Shown piece by piece: positions 1-11,501 of a DNA stretch of 32,000 bases. The stretch is taken from assembly GCF_000009045.1 (NCBI RefSeq), contig NC_000964.3:3540001-3572000 (forward strand). The letters are read 5' to 3'. How positions within the stretch are numbered: the stretch's first letter is position 1; each line of letters starts with the position of its first letter. The DNA is from Bacillus subtilis subsp. subtilis str. 168 (GTDB taxonomy: Bacteria > Bacillota > Bacilli > Bacillales > Bacillaceae). Made by a program: the position numbers and the translations under genes. The notes beneath the pieces were generated by a model that searched no databases, was not told the DNA's origin, and saw only the letters and a list, made by a program, of their open reading frames with translations.

Positions 1-727
1 GGATATTGCGGTCATGCTCGGGTTAGGCTGGCTTGCAACGCTTGTCATTTTAGACGCCATTCTGTCTCCCGGAGGAAACGGGAATATCTTTATGAATACG
101 ACATCCCGCCTTGTTTACGCCTGGGCGCGTAACGGCACATTATTTGGCATATTCTCAAAGGTCAATAAAGATACGGGGACACCCCGCGCTTCGCTTTGGC
201 TTTCGTTTGCCCTGTCCATTTTCTGGACACTTCCCTTTCCTTCGTGGAACGCGCTCGTCAATGTCTGTTCAGTCGCGCTCATTCTTTCATATGCGATTGC
301 ACCCATTTCTTCAGCTGCGCTGAGGGTCAACGCGAAGGACTTAAACAGGCCGTTTTATTTAAAGGGAATGAGCATTATCGGGCCGCTTTCCTTTATATTT
401 ACAGCGTTTATCGTGTACTGGTCAGGATGGAAAACAGTCTCCTGGCTGCTCGGTTCACAACTCGTGATGTTTTTGATCTATCTCTGTTTCAGCAAATATA
501 CGCCTAAAGAAGATGTCAGCCTTGCTCAGCAGCTGAAATCAGCCTGGTGGCTTATCGGGTTTTATATTATGATGCTGATCTTTTCCTACATCGGTTCTTT
601 CGGACATGGTTTAGGGATTATCAGCAATCCCGTCGACCTCATTTTAGTCGCGATCGGCTCACTTGCGATTTATTACTGGGCAAAGTATACCGGGCTCCCA
701 AAAGCCGCCATTGATTATGATAAATAA
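1..727 (+). CDS. yveA: C-terminal part of an APC-type amino-acid permease; the 5' end lies upstream of the window
   Basis: The frame is open from the window edge to TAA 725-727. The product is a series of hydrophobic helices typical of amino-acid transporters. The symbol comes only from synteny (directly upstream of yvdT) as I remember the 168 map. Confidence 0.8.
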   Translation, partial: DIAVMLGLGWLATLVILDAILSPGGNGNIFMNTTSRLVYAWARNGTLFGIFSKVNKDTGTPRASLWLSFALSIFWTLPFPSWNALVNVCSVALILSYAIAPISSAALRVNAKDLNRPFYLKGMSIIGPLSFIFTAFIVYWSGWKTVSWLLGSQLVMFLIYLCFSKYTPKEDVSLAQQLKSAWWLIGFYIMMLIFSYIGSFGHGLGIISNPVDLILVAIGSLAIYYWAKYTGLPKAAIDYDK

Positions 728-760
728 AGAAGCAAGAGGTTTTCTTGCTTCTTTATTCTT
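726..760 (+). terminator. Rho-independent terminator of the permease gene
   Basis: An 11-bp stem, aaagaagcaag (726-736) pairing with cttgcttcttt (744-754), has loop aggtttt and a T-rich tail. Confidence 0.75.
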
Positions 761-784
761 TACAAACAAACATACACGCGATAA

Positions 785-805
785 AATGAATGAGAGTCAG
801 TCATT
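785..805. promoter_or_regulatory. Imperfect 21-bp palindrome, candidate YvdT (TetR) operator upstream of yvdT
   Basis: In AATGAATGAGAGTCAGTCATT, 8 of 10 arm positions are self-complementary. It lies 17 nt upstream of the yvdT start. An 18/20-identical copy sits upstream of yvdS. Confidence 0.55.
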
Positions 806-821
806 ACTGGAGGTGTTCCTC

Positions 822-1406
822 ATGCCAAAACAAACATCGGGTAAATACGAAAAAATATTGCAGGCGGCCATAGAAGTCATTTCTGAAAAAGGCCTCGACA
901 AAGCTTCTATTTCTGATATTGTCAAAAAGGCCGGCACTGCCCAAGGAACATTCTATTTGTATTTTTCATCTAAAAATGCCCTCATACCGGCCATTGCAGA
1001 AAATCTCCTCACCCATACACTTGATCAAATCAAAGGTAGGCTCCATGGGGACGAGGATTTTTGGACCGTTTTAGATATATTAATTGATGAGACATTTCTC
1101 ATTACAGAACGCCATAAGGATATTATTGTCCTCTGTTATTCCGGGCTTGCGATCGACCACTCCATGGAAAAATGGGAGACGATCTATCAGCCTTATTATT
1201 CCTGGCTTGAAAAAATCATCAACAAGGCCATTGCAAACCATGAGGTAACGGAAGGAATCAATTCAAAATGGACGGCCAGAACGATTATCAACTTGGTCGA
1301 GAATACTGCGGAACGATTCTATATCGGATTTGAACAAGATGAAAATGTTGAAGTGTATAAAAAGGAAATTTTCACTTTCTTAAAACGGAGCTTAGGTACT
1401 GCTTAA
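822..1406 (+). CDS. yvdT: TetR-family transcriptional regulator (194 aa)
   Basis: ATG 822 is preceded by GGAGGTG (809-815). The N-terminal HTH ASISDIVKKAGTAQGTFYLYFSSK is a TetR signature. The track ORF start at 663 has no RBS and overlaps the upstream gene. Confidence 0.93.
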   Translation: MPKQTSGKYEKILQAAIEVISEKGLDKASISDIVKKAGTAQGTFYLYFSSKNALIPAIAENLLTHTLDQIKGRLHGDEDFWTVLDILIDETFLITERHKDIIVLCYSGLAIDHSMEKWETIYQPYYSWLEKIINKAIANHEVTEGINSKWTARTIINLVENTAERFYIGFEQDENVEVYKKEIFTFLKRSLGTA

Positions 1407-1447
1407 AAAATGACTGGGTAACACCGCTCATTTTTTAATGCCCTAAA

Positions 1448-1467
1448 AATGACTGACGTTCATTCAT
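1448..1467. promoter_or_regulatory. Second copy (inverted orientation) of the candidate YvdT operator, upstream of yvdS
   Basis: The reverse complement ATGAATGAACGTCAGTCATT matches 786-805 at 18/20 positions; only the two central bases differ. It lies 20 nt upstream of the yvdS start. Confidence 0.55.
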
Positions 1468-1487
1468 AAAATAGAGAGGTGTTTCAT

Positions 1488-1823
1488 TTGAATTGGGTTC
1501 TTGTTTTTATTGCAGGGCTTTTAGAGGTTGTTTGGGCCTCTTCCCTCAAACATGCCGATTCGCTTTTGGATTGGATCATCATTTTTATCTTAATCGCGGT
1601 CAGCTTTATCCTGTTGATCCGCTCTTATCAAAAAATCCCGATGGCCGCGGCGTACACTGTGTTTGTGGGAATCGGAACCGTCGGAACATATCTGACTGGA
1701 ATTGTTCTGGGCGAATCCTTCTCAGCAGCCCAAATGTTCTTTTTAGCTTTATTGCTGGCTGGCATTTTAGGAATGAAATTATTTACGAAAGAAAGCAAAT
1801 CTCAGCCGGGAGGTGAAAAATAA
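1488..1823 (+). CDS. yvdS: Small multidrug resistance (SMR) family protein, subunit of a paired SMR pump (111 aa)
   Basis: TTG 1488 lies 8 nt after AGAGAGG. The product has four hydrophobic helices and a membrane-embedded Glu in helix 1 (AGLLEVVW). Confidence 0.9.
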   Translation: MNWVLVFIAGLLEVVWASSLKHADSLLDWIIIFILIAVSFILLIRSYQKIPMAAAYTVFVGIGTVGTYLTGIVLGESFSAAQMFFLALLLAGILGMKLFTKESKSQPGGEK

Positions 1824-2143
1824 TGGCATGGTTTTTATTAGTGATTGCCGGCATAGAAGAAATTATAGCTGCCATTGCCATGAAATATATAGACGGAACA
1901 AGAAAAAAATGGCCGATCATTGTGATGACTGTTGGATTCGGCTTATCCTTTTACTGCCTGTCCCAAGCGATGATCGTCCTGCCTGCCGGAGTCGCATATG
2001 CCGTCTGGACTGGCATTGGAAGCATTGGTGTTTCGGCGGTCGGGCTCATCTGGTTTAAGGAGCGGTTTCAGCTTTCACAGGTGATTTCACTTTGCCTTAT
2101 CCTAGCCGGCGTCATCGGCCTGCGTCTTACGTCATCTTCATAA
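1823..2143 (+). CDS. yvdR: SMR family protein, second subunit of the paired pump (106 aa)
   Basis: The ATG overlaps the yvdS stop (TAATG). The product has four helices and a conserved Glu in helix 1 (AGIEEI). Confidence 0.92.
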   Translation: MAWFLLVIAGIEEIIAAIAMKYIDGTRKKWPIIVMTVGFGLSFYCLSQAMIVLPAGVAYAVWTGIGSIGVSAVGLIWFKERFQLSQVISLCLILAGVIGLRLTSSS

Positions 2144-2147
2144 AATC

Positions 2148-2173
2148 AAGGCATATACAGCTGTATATGCCTT
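2148..2173. terminator. Bidirectional hairpin between convergent yvdR and yvdQ
   Basis: Perfect 13-bp inverted repeat aaggcatatacag / ctgtatatgcctt located between the two stop codons. Confidence 0.7.
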
Positions 2174-2178
2174 TGCCA

Positions 2179-2697
2179 TTAAGCTTCGTGATGTTTTTGA
2201 AGATGAAGCGGCGGCGGGATGAGCCAGCCTTTGTTTTTTAGCAGCCTTAAGTATTTTGCGCCGGTTGCCGCTTTCGACATATGAAATTGCCCAAACATCA
2301 TGGCAATATCCTCACGAATCGATTGCCCCATCATTTTGCTGCATGTCACAAGACCTGCAGCATTTTCTGCTGCCGCGGAAGCCGCCACATCCGGATCGAG
2401 AAACCGTGCACCAGGCGGAATATCGTTAAGATCTGCTGTCGGCGGTTCAGGAGAAGCCGGCGGCAGCGCCACCCCGTTTTCTTTCAGGATCGTGCTGACC
2501 TGTTTGATTTCATCTTGGCATTTCTCAATAGACTCACGAAGCAGCTTCTTCAGGTCGTCATCACCGACATGATTCAATAGCATTTGGTAATTGCCGACCA
2601 TTTTATTGCCCGCCATCACATAACTCCACAAGCCGAATACCTCACCGTAATGCATCGGTTCATCCTGCGGATTTCCGCTTAAAATACCCATGCTCAT
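2179..2697 (-). CDS. yvdQ: Conserved protein of unknown function (172 aa; I recall a DUF3231-type assignment, unverified)
   Basis: ATG 2697 is preceded by GGGAGGAGA. The upstream 41 codons of the track ORF run into the tRNA-repeat remnant and have no RBS. Confidence 0.85.
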   Translation of the reverse strand: MSMGILSGNPQDEPMHYGEVFGLWSYVMAGNKMVGNYQMLLNHVGDDDLKKLLRESIEKCQDEIKQVSTILKENGVALPPASPEPPTADLNDIPPGARFLDPDVAASAAAENAAGLVTCSKMMGQSIREDIAMMFGQFHMSKAATGAKYLRLLKNKGWLIPPPLHLQKHHEA

Positions 2698-2790
2698 TCT
2701 CCTCCCATATTCAATATTGCACATTTCATAACGTGCCCAAGCGGAGGAACATTTATGTTTCAGCGGAAAAGATTTATGAAATGAAACAAA

Positions 2791-2895
2791 ACAAAAAAGA
2801 CAAGAGTGGCAAGTTGCCAAACCATTGTCTTTCCTGTTGTTTGATTGGACGCACTGAAGGGATTCGCACCCCGACAGACAAGATACCGGAAACCA
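2791..2895 (-). repeat. Left copy of an imperfect direct repeat: terminator plus 3' half of tRNA-Arg
   Basis: A hand alignment to 5829-5936 gives roughly 86% identity (about 12 substitutions and 3 single-nt indels) in the same orientation. Confidence 0.85.
2850..2895 (-). pseudogene. Truncated, mutated tRNA-Arg 3' fragment (acceptor 3' strand, T arm, anticodon stem-loop only)
   Basis: It aligns to 5889-5936 of the intact gene. The D arm and 5' acceptor strand are missing. The T-arm is mutated (gattcgcacc versus gattcgaacc) and a base is lost in the acceptor strand. Confidence 0.8.
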
Positions 2896-2942
2896 TTCAA
2901 GTGCTTTTTAGTATGAGTCATTGATTCTGTCTTTAATAAACT

Positions 2943-4286
2943 TTAACGAGATGGCGGGATGCTTTGCGGAAAACGAAATACATTTTCGGGGTCATATTTC
3001 GCCTTTATTTCTCGAAGCCGCGCAAAGTTTGCGCCATAATATTCTTTTCCGAAGTTTTCAATGTTTTGATCTGGAACATTAACATATGAACCTGCTACAT
3101 ATGGTTGCATCAGCTGACGCACTCTTTCAACTGATGCAAGATTTGAATCTTCTTGTGATTTATTTTTCCAACTAGCCGTCCATTCCGTATAAAATAATGG
3201 ATGGCGCCAAAAAAAGGCAGTTTCGTCTTTAGGGACTCTGCTTATAGCACCACCCCAATTGATAAAAAAGAAATTGGCTTCTGTTCCAGTAGCATCTTCC
3301 AAAAATTTTCTCATGATTGAAATGGGTTCGTCAGACCAAAAATCATGACCCCATGCCGAGGAGAATTTAACACTCTGATCATTTCTGCCAGGGATGGGTT
3401 CGTCAGGGTCTAAGAAATCTATAGCATCTGGATAGTATAATGTTTTGATATCTGCTTCTGTTGGAGTTCCCGCATGTAATAAAGGTTTTAATAATCGAAT
3501 CAATTCAGTTTTCGAACCGAGGAAAATTCCTTCTGCATGACACAAACCATTTATTTTGCTGTAAATTTCAAGGTAGCATCCTAATCGTTCATCTACAAAC
3601 GGAGCCCATTTCTGCCAAGCTTTAAATACCGTTTCTAATTGTTCCCACGGCCAGATAATATTGAAGACGGTTGCAGTTTTAGGGGCACGATGAACTTTGA
3701 ATGTATATTGGGTATTATATCCAAAGTTACCTCCTCCTCCGCCTCTAGAAGCCCATAGCAAATCCTCATTGTGAGATTGATCTGCGTGAATAATCCTTCC
3801 TTTTGCATCTACCGTTTTCAGCGCGAGAAGGTTATCACTTATAAGGCCAATCGATCGTGAGAGTACACCAAATCCGCCGCCCATCGTAATTCCCCCGATT
3901 CCAACTGTTGGGCTATCTCCAAACGGAGCCATAAAACCGTCTCGAGCTAATCCCTTTACAAGCGGGCCAACGGGAATACCAGTTTGAACGGTTGCAATAG
4001 CGTTTTCTTCATCTAAGAAAACTTTATTCATGTCACTCACATCAATAACAATTCCTCCACTTACTACTGAAAGGTTCTTATCTAAAGCATGGCGACCGCT
4101 TCTGACACGTAAGGGCACTTTATTCTCACGAGCCCATTTAATGGCATTACTTACATCGTATGAATTTTGCGCAAAAACAAAGACAAGAGGATAGACATCC
4201 ACATAAGGGTTCCAATTCTTAATAGCCTCTGTATAGCCGGGGTCTCCTTTGAAGATTACACGCCCTGTCAACTGTGTTGATCCCAT
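2943..4286 (-). CDS. yvdP: FAD-linked oxidoreductase of the BBE/PCMH family (447 aa); I recall it as spore-coat protein CotQ
   Basis: ATG 4286 follows GGGAGTGA. Motifs present: VRSGRHALD (the flavinylation His context), a GGGGGN loop, and a C-terminal BBE-type motif YYGANFARLREIKAKYDPENVFRFPQSIP. Confidence 0.93.
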   Translation of the reverse strand: MGSTQLTGRVIFKGDPGYTEAIKNWNPYVDVYPLVFVFAQNSYDVSNAIKWARENKVPLRVRSGRHALDKNLSVVSGGIVIDVSDMNKVFLDEENAIATVQTGIPVGPLVKGLARDGFMAPFGDSPTVGIGGITMGGGFGVLSRSIGLISDNLLALKTVDAKGRIIHADQSHNEDLLWASRGGGGGNFGYNTQYTFKVHRAPKTATVFNIIWPWEQLETVFKAWQKWAPFVDERLGCYLEIYSKINGLCHAEGIFLGSKTELIRLLKPLLHAGTPTEADIKTLYYPDAIDFLDPDEPIPGRNDQSVKFSSAWGHDFWSDEPISIMRKFLEDATGTEANFFFINWGGAISRVPKDETAFFWRHPLFYTEWTASWKNKSQEDSNLASVERVRQLMQPYVAGSYVNVPDQNIENFGKEYYGANFARLREIKAKYDPENVFRFPQSIPPSR

Positions 4287-4641
4287 ATATTATTTCACTC
4301 CCAAAGAAATTCGATTCAGATACTAAAATATGCAGGAGCTGGATAATCGCATAGACAAATGATCTACGAACTATAAATATAATACGCTAAGGCCTTTTTC
4401 GTCGGTGAGGTCTGCTGAGAAACATTTTTCAAACAATTTTGAGCAAACTTCCTGTCCAATCCTCCAACAAGCGTTTTTTCTTATCGTTTTTAGGAGCAGT
4501 GTCCAGTTTTTTTCGGAGTGAATATTCGTTTAGGCCAAAAGAAAAGAGAGATGAAGAAGTGTTTAGTACCAGAGGTATACATCCATACAACAGACTCTAG
4601 ATCATCATATACTGAATGTATGTAGAAAGGAGACATCAGCT

Positions 4642-5604
4642 TTGGCAAAATATCGGATTATGACCTTTGACGGCGGCGGTACCTTAGGTGCTTTAAGTTT
4701 ACAACTATTAAACAGATTGGCTAGGCAAAACCCGAAGTTAATTAGTCGAACCCATGTATTTTCGGGAAATTCAATCGGTTCATTTACTGCCCTTGCATTA
4801 GCAAGCGGAAGATCTCCGAGGGAAACACTTCAGTATTTTGAGGATGAAATCCTACCCGCATTCAGCATTTCCCGGCCAGGCGGACCTGTTTTCAACCAAC
4901 AATTACCCTATTCCGGTTTTATTAAAGCGGTAAGAAATTTTTTCCCAGCAGATCTTCAACTTATAGATTTAAGAAAACGAATTGTTGTCCCATCATTCAA
5001 ATTATACTCTCAAAAACTGGACCGTTGGACTCCTGTCTTATTTCACAATTTTCCCGGCTCTCCCTATTTAAATGAAAAAGTGAGTGATGTCATACTGCGG
5101 AGCAGCGGTGCTCCCGCGACGCAACGCGCCTATCAAAACTATGTGGACGGATATGTAGTAGCAACGAATCCCAGTACAGCCAGTATCGCGTTTGCAGTTG
5201 GTAAAGCCAACGTGCCATTGGATCAAATTGCGGTATTGTCCATCGGAACAGGTGAAGCCCCGACTCGGTTAAGAAGAGATACGAGGGGATGGGGAATGGT
5301 AAGTGCAGATAACATACGTCCCGAAAATCTGAAGAACCTTCCTCCAAATTGGGGAGTCCTTTTGGACAGGTCGCCTAATGAACCTTTACTGCCATTTCTT
5401 CAGATGATTGCTGGCGGTAATGGGTACTATGAATCCATGGTCAGTGCGAATCTTCTGGGAGATCGTTTTTTCCGGTTAGATCCGCGGATTCCGAACTTCT
5501 CCAAAACGGACCCTGCCGTCGTTCCCGCTGTCATTGAAATTGCGAACAAAACAAACTTACAGCCTGCGAATCAATTTATAGAGAAGAACTGGGGGAGCAA
5601 ATAA
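4642..5604 (+). CDS. yvdO: Patatin-like phospholipase / lipid acyl hydrolase (320 aa)
   Basis: TTG 4642 lies 8 nt after AAAGGAGA. Motifs present: FDGGGTLG (oxyanion hole), GNSIG (GxSxG, Ser44), SSGAPAT, and VDGY (Asp169 of the Ser-Asp dyad). There is no signal peptide. Confidence 0.9.
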   Translation: MAKYRIMTFDGGGTLGALSLQLLNRLARQNPKLISRTHVFSGNSIGSFTALALASGRSPRETLQYFEDEILPAFSISRPGGPVFNQQLPYSGFIKAVRNFFPADLQLIDLRKRIVVPSFKLYSQKLDRWTPVLFHNFPGSPYLNEKVSDVILRSSGAPATQRAYQNYVDGYVVATNPSTASIAFAVGKANVPLDQIAVLSIGTGEAPTRLRRDTRGWGMVSADNIRPENLKNLPPNWGVLLDRSPNEPLLPFLQMIAGGNGYYESMVSANLLGDRFFRLDPRIPNFSKTDPAVVPAVIEIANKTNLQPANQFIEKNWGSK

Positions 5605-5828
5605 TTATTTATTTTAAATCAATTCTCGCTTATACAATTTTGTCCGAGAGAAGATTCTCAAAATAAATACAGGCAATGGGTAGAACCGGATTTTTTTAAA
5701 GGTTTGTTAATCACAAGCTAATAAGATGAATGAAAAAATCAATTCATACTTCTTCTTTTGAAAGTGAGGGTTCAAACTAAAGAATGTAATTGAAATGTTA
5801 CTCTAAGGTATGCAATTCCCTTTTTCAC

Positions 5829-5936
5829 ACAAAAAAAGACAAGAGCGGCAAATCGCCAAACCCTTGTCTTTCCTGTTGTTCTATTGGACGCGCTCGGAGG
5901 GATTCGAACCCCCGACAGACGTGGTACCGGAAACCA
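5829..5936 (-). repeat. Right copy of the direct repeat (functional terminator plus 3' two-thirds of the intact tRNA-Arg)
   Basis: See the alignment to 2791-2895. Confidence 0.85.
5831..5868 (-). terminator. Rho-independent terminator of tRNA-Arg
   Basis: On the minus strand, gacaagggtttggcgatttgccgctcttgtc is followed by TTTTTTT. It is an interrupted stem with GACAAG/CTTGTC ends. Confidence 0.75.
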
Positions 5937-5964
5937 CCGCTCTATCCAACTGAGCTACGAGCGC
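5889..5964 (-). tRNA. trnQ-Arg: tRNA-Arg, anticodon CCG
   Basis: Cloverleaf read by hand: acceptor GCGCTCG/CGAGCGC, D arm GCTC/GAGC, anticodon stem GTGGT/ACCAC with loop TTCCGGT (CCG at 5930-5928), and T loop TTCGAAT. CCA is not cleanly encoded (GTCCA follows). The exact 3' end is uncertain by about 2 nt. Confidence 0.9.
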
Positions 5965-5999
5965 ATATAGACTGCGTTATGAGAACGTCAGCACAACTA

Positions 6000-6028
6000 A
6001 TTATACGATAATTCCTTTCAAATAACAA
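6000..6028 (-). promoter_or_regulatory. SigA-type promoter for tRNA-Arg
   Basis: On the minus strand, TTGTTA (6028-6023), a 17-nt spacer, then TATAAT (6005-6000). The -10 lies about 35 nt upstream of the mature tRNA 5' end. Confidence 0.65.
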
Positions 6029-6095
6029 CCCTCTATTTCGAGAGGCCGTTTTTTAAATAGACAAAGCATCTTAATTGGCAATCTGACATACGATG

Positions 6096-6122
6096 GTTTG
6101 AACCCCTGTATTTTTGGGGAAA
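6096..6122 (+). promoter_or_regulatory. SigB-type promoter candidate upstream of clpP
   Basis: GTTTGA (6096-6101), a 14-15 nt spacer, then GGGGAAA (6116-6122), compared with the consensus GTTTAA-N12-15-GGGTAT. clpP is known to belong to the general stress regulon. Confidence 0.45.
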
Positions 6123-6164
6123 ATGGGAAAAAGAGACGACTTTGCATATCAGGCCAGCTTTTTG

Positions 6165-6194
6165 TTTGACCTTTATTGACCAAAAATGTATCAT
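6165..6194 (+). promoter_or_regulatory. SigA promoter of clpP overlapped by a CtsR operator
   Basis: TTGACC (6166-6171), 17 nt, then TATCAT (6189-6194). The minus strand of 6165-6181 reads GGTCAATAAAGGTCAAA, the tandem heptad CtsR box (A/GGTCAAA-NAN-A/GGTCAAA). Confidence 0.8.
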
Positions 6195-6233
6195 GTAACT
6201 ACATACTTACCTAAAAGGTGAAGGAGGAGCATT

Positions 6234-6827
6234 ATGAATTTAATACCTACAGTCATTGAACAAACGAACCGCGGGGAAAGAGCGTATGACATTTATTCTC
6301 GTCTATTAAAGGATCGTATCATCATGCTTGGATCTGCGATTGATGACAACGTTGCGAACTCCATCGTGTCACAGCTTTTATTCTTAGCAGCAGAAGACCC
6401 TGAAAAAGAAATTTCTCTTTACATCAACAGCCCGGGCGGCTCTATTACAGCCGGTATGGCGATCTATGATACCATGCAGTTTATTAAGCCGAAGGTATCT
6501 ACAATTTGTATCGGTATGGCTGCGTCAATGGGCGCGTTCCTGCTTGCAGCCGGCGAAAAAGGCAAACGCTATGCGCTTCCAAACAGTGAAGTCATGATTC
6601 ACCAGCCTCTTGGCGGTGCGCAAGGTCAAGCGACAGAAATTGAAATTGCTGCGAAACGCATTCTCTTGCTTCGCGACAAATTAAACAAAGTCCTAGCTGA
6701 ACGTACTGGCCAGCCGCTTGAAGTGATCGAACGCGACACAGACCGTGATAACTTCAAGTCTGCTGAAGAAGCGCTTGAATACGGCCTGATTGACAAAATT
6801 TTGACTCACACAGAAGACAAAAAGTAA
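6234..6827 (+). CDS. clpP: ATP-dependent Clp protease proteolytic subunit (197 aa)
   Basis: RBS GAAGGAGGAG. Catalytic-triad contexts [17 protein letters not shown] and RDTDRD are present. The sequence is unmistakably ClpP. Confidence 0.98.
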   Translation: MNLIPTVIEQTNRGERAYDIYSRLLKDRIIMLGSAIDDNVANSIVSQLLFLAAEDPEKEISLYINSPGGSITAGMAIYDTMQFIKPKVSTICIGMAASMGAFLLAAGEKGKRYALPNSEVMIHQPLGGAQGQATEIEIAAKRILLLRDKLNKVLAERTGQPLEVIERDTDRDNFKSAEEALEYGLIDKILTHTEDKK

Positions 6828-6833
6828 TAACAC

Positions 6834-6868
6834 AACCTGCAAGAGCTGCGTCTCTTGCAGGTTTTTTT
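6834..6868. terminator. Terminator after clpP, also facing the convergent pgcM
   Basis: A 12-bp stem aacctgcaagag / ctcttgcaggtt with loop ctgcgt, followed by a T7 run. Confidence 0.85.
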
Positions 6869-6872
6869 CATT

Positions 6873-11478
<4,606 letters not shown>

Positions 11479-11501
<23 letters not shown>

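Noticed and set aside
663-821. N-terminal extensions in the ORF track: yvdT from 663, yvdQ to 2820, malL to 9283, yvdJ to 12438, yvdD to 19551, yvdC from 19599, psdB to 25542, glmR to 31541, and others.
   Set aside because: The extended starts lack a Shine-Dalgarno sequence and/or overlap the neighbouring gene or terminator. An internal start with a well-spaced GGAGG-type SD exists in every case and gives the protein lengths I remember for the 168 orthologs.
1407-1487. Possible riboswitch leader in front of the SMR pump genes, by analogy with guanidine (ykkC-type) riboswitches that control other SMR pairs.
   Set aside because: The spacer is only about 80 nt and AT-rich, with no GC-rich conserved helices or terminator/antiterminator alternative. 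It is already occupied by a TetR-type palindrome.
2733-2924. A 63-aa ORF, and the similar 73-aa ORF at 5790-6011, share the peptide pattern KKDKSGK.PN.CLSCC.IGR. At first sight this could look like a duplicated small-protein gene.
   Set aside because: The similarity is the translated image of the tRNA-Arg/terminator repeat read on the antisense strand. One ORF runs straight through a functional tRNA gene, and neither has an RBS.
5726-5747. ATGAATGAAAAAATCAATTCAT near the islet's right end shares the 8-mer ATGAATGA with the candidate YvdT operator and is itself an inverted repeat.
   Set aside because: The half-site spacing and the right arm differ from the two good operator copies, and the region is AT-rich, so an 8-mer match is expected by chance. 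No gene start is nearby.
2897-5828. Lower GC content of the islet as independent evidence for horizontal origin.
   Set aside because: I counted only three 60-nt lines by eye (33-50% GC), which is too noisy and not clearly different from the flanking genes. This needs a real sliding-window computation before it can be claimed.
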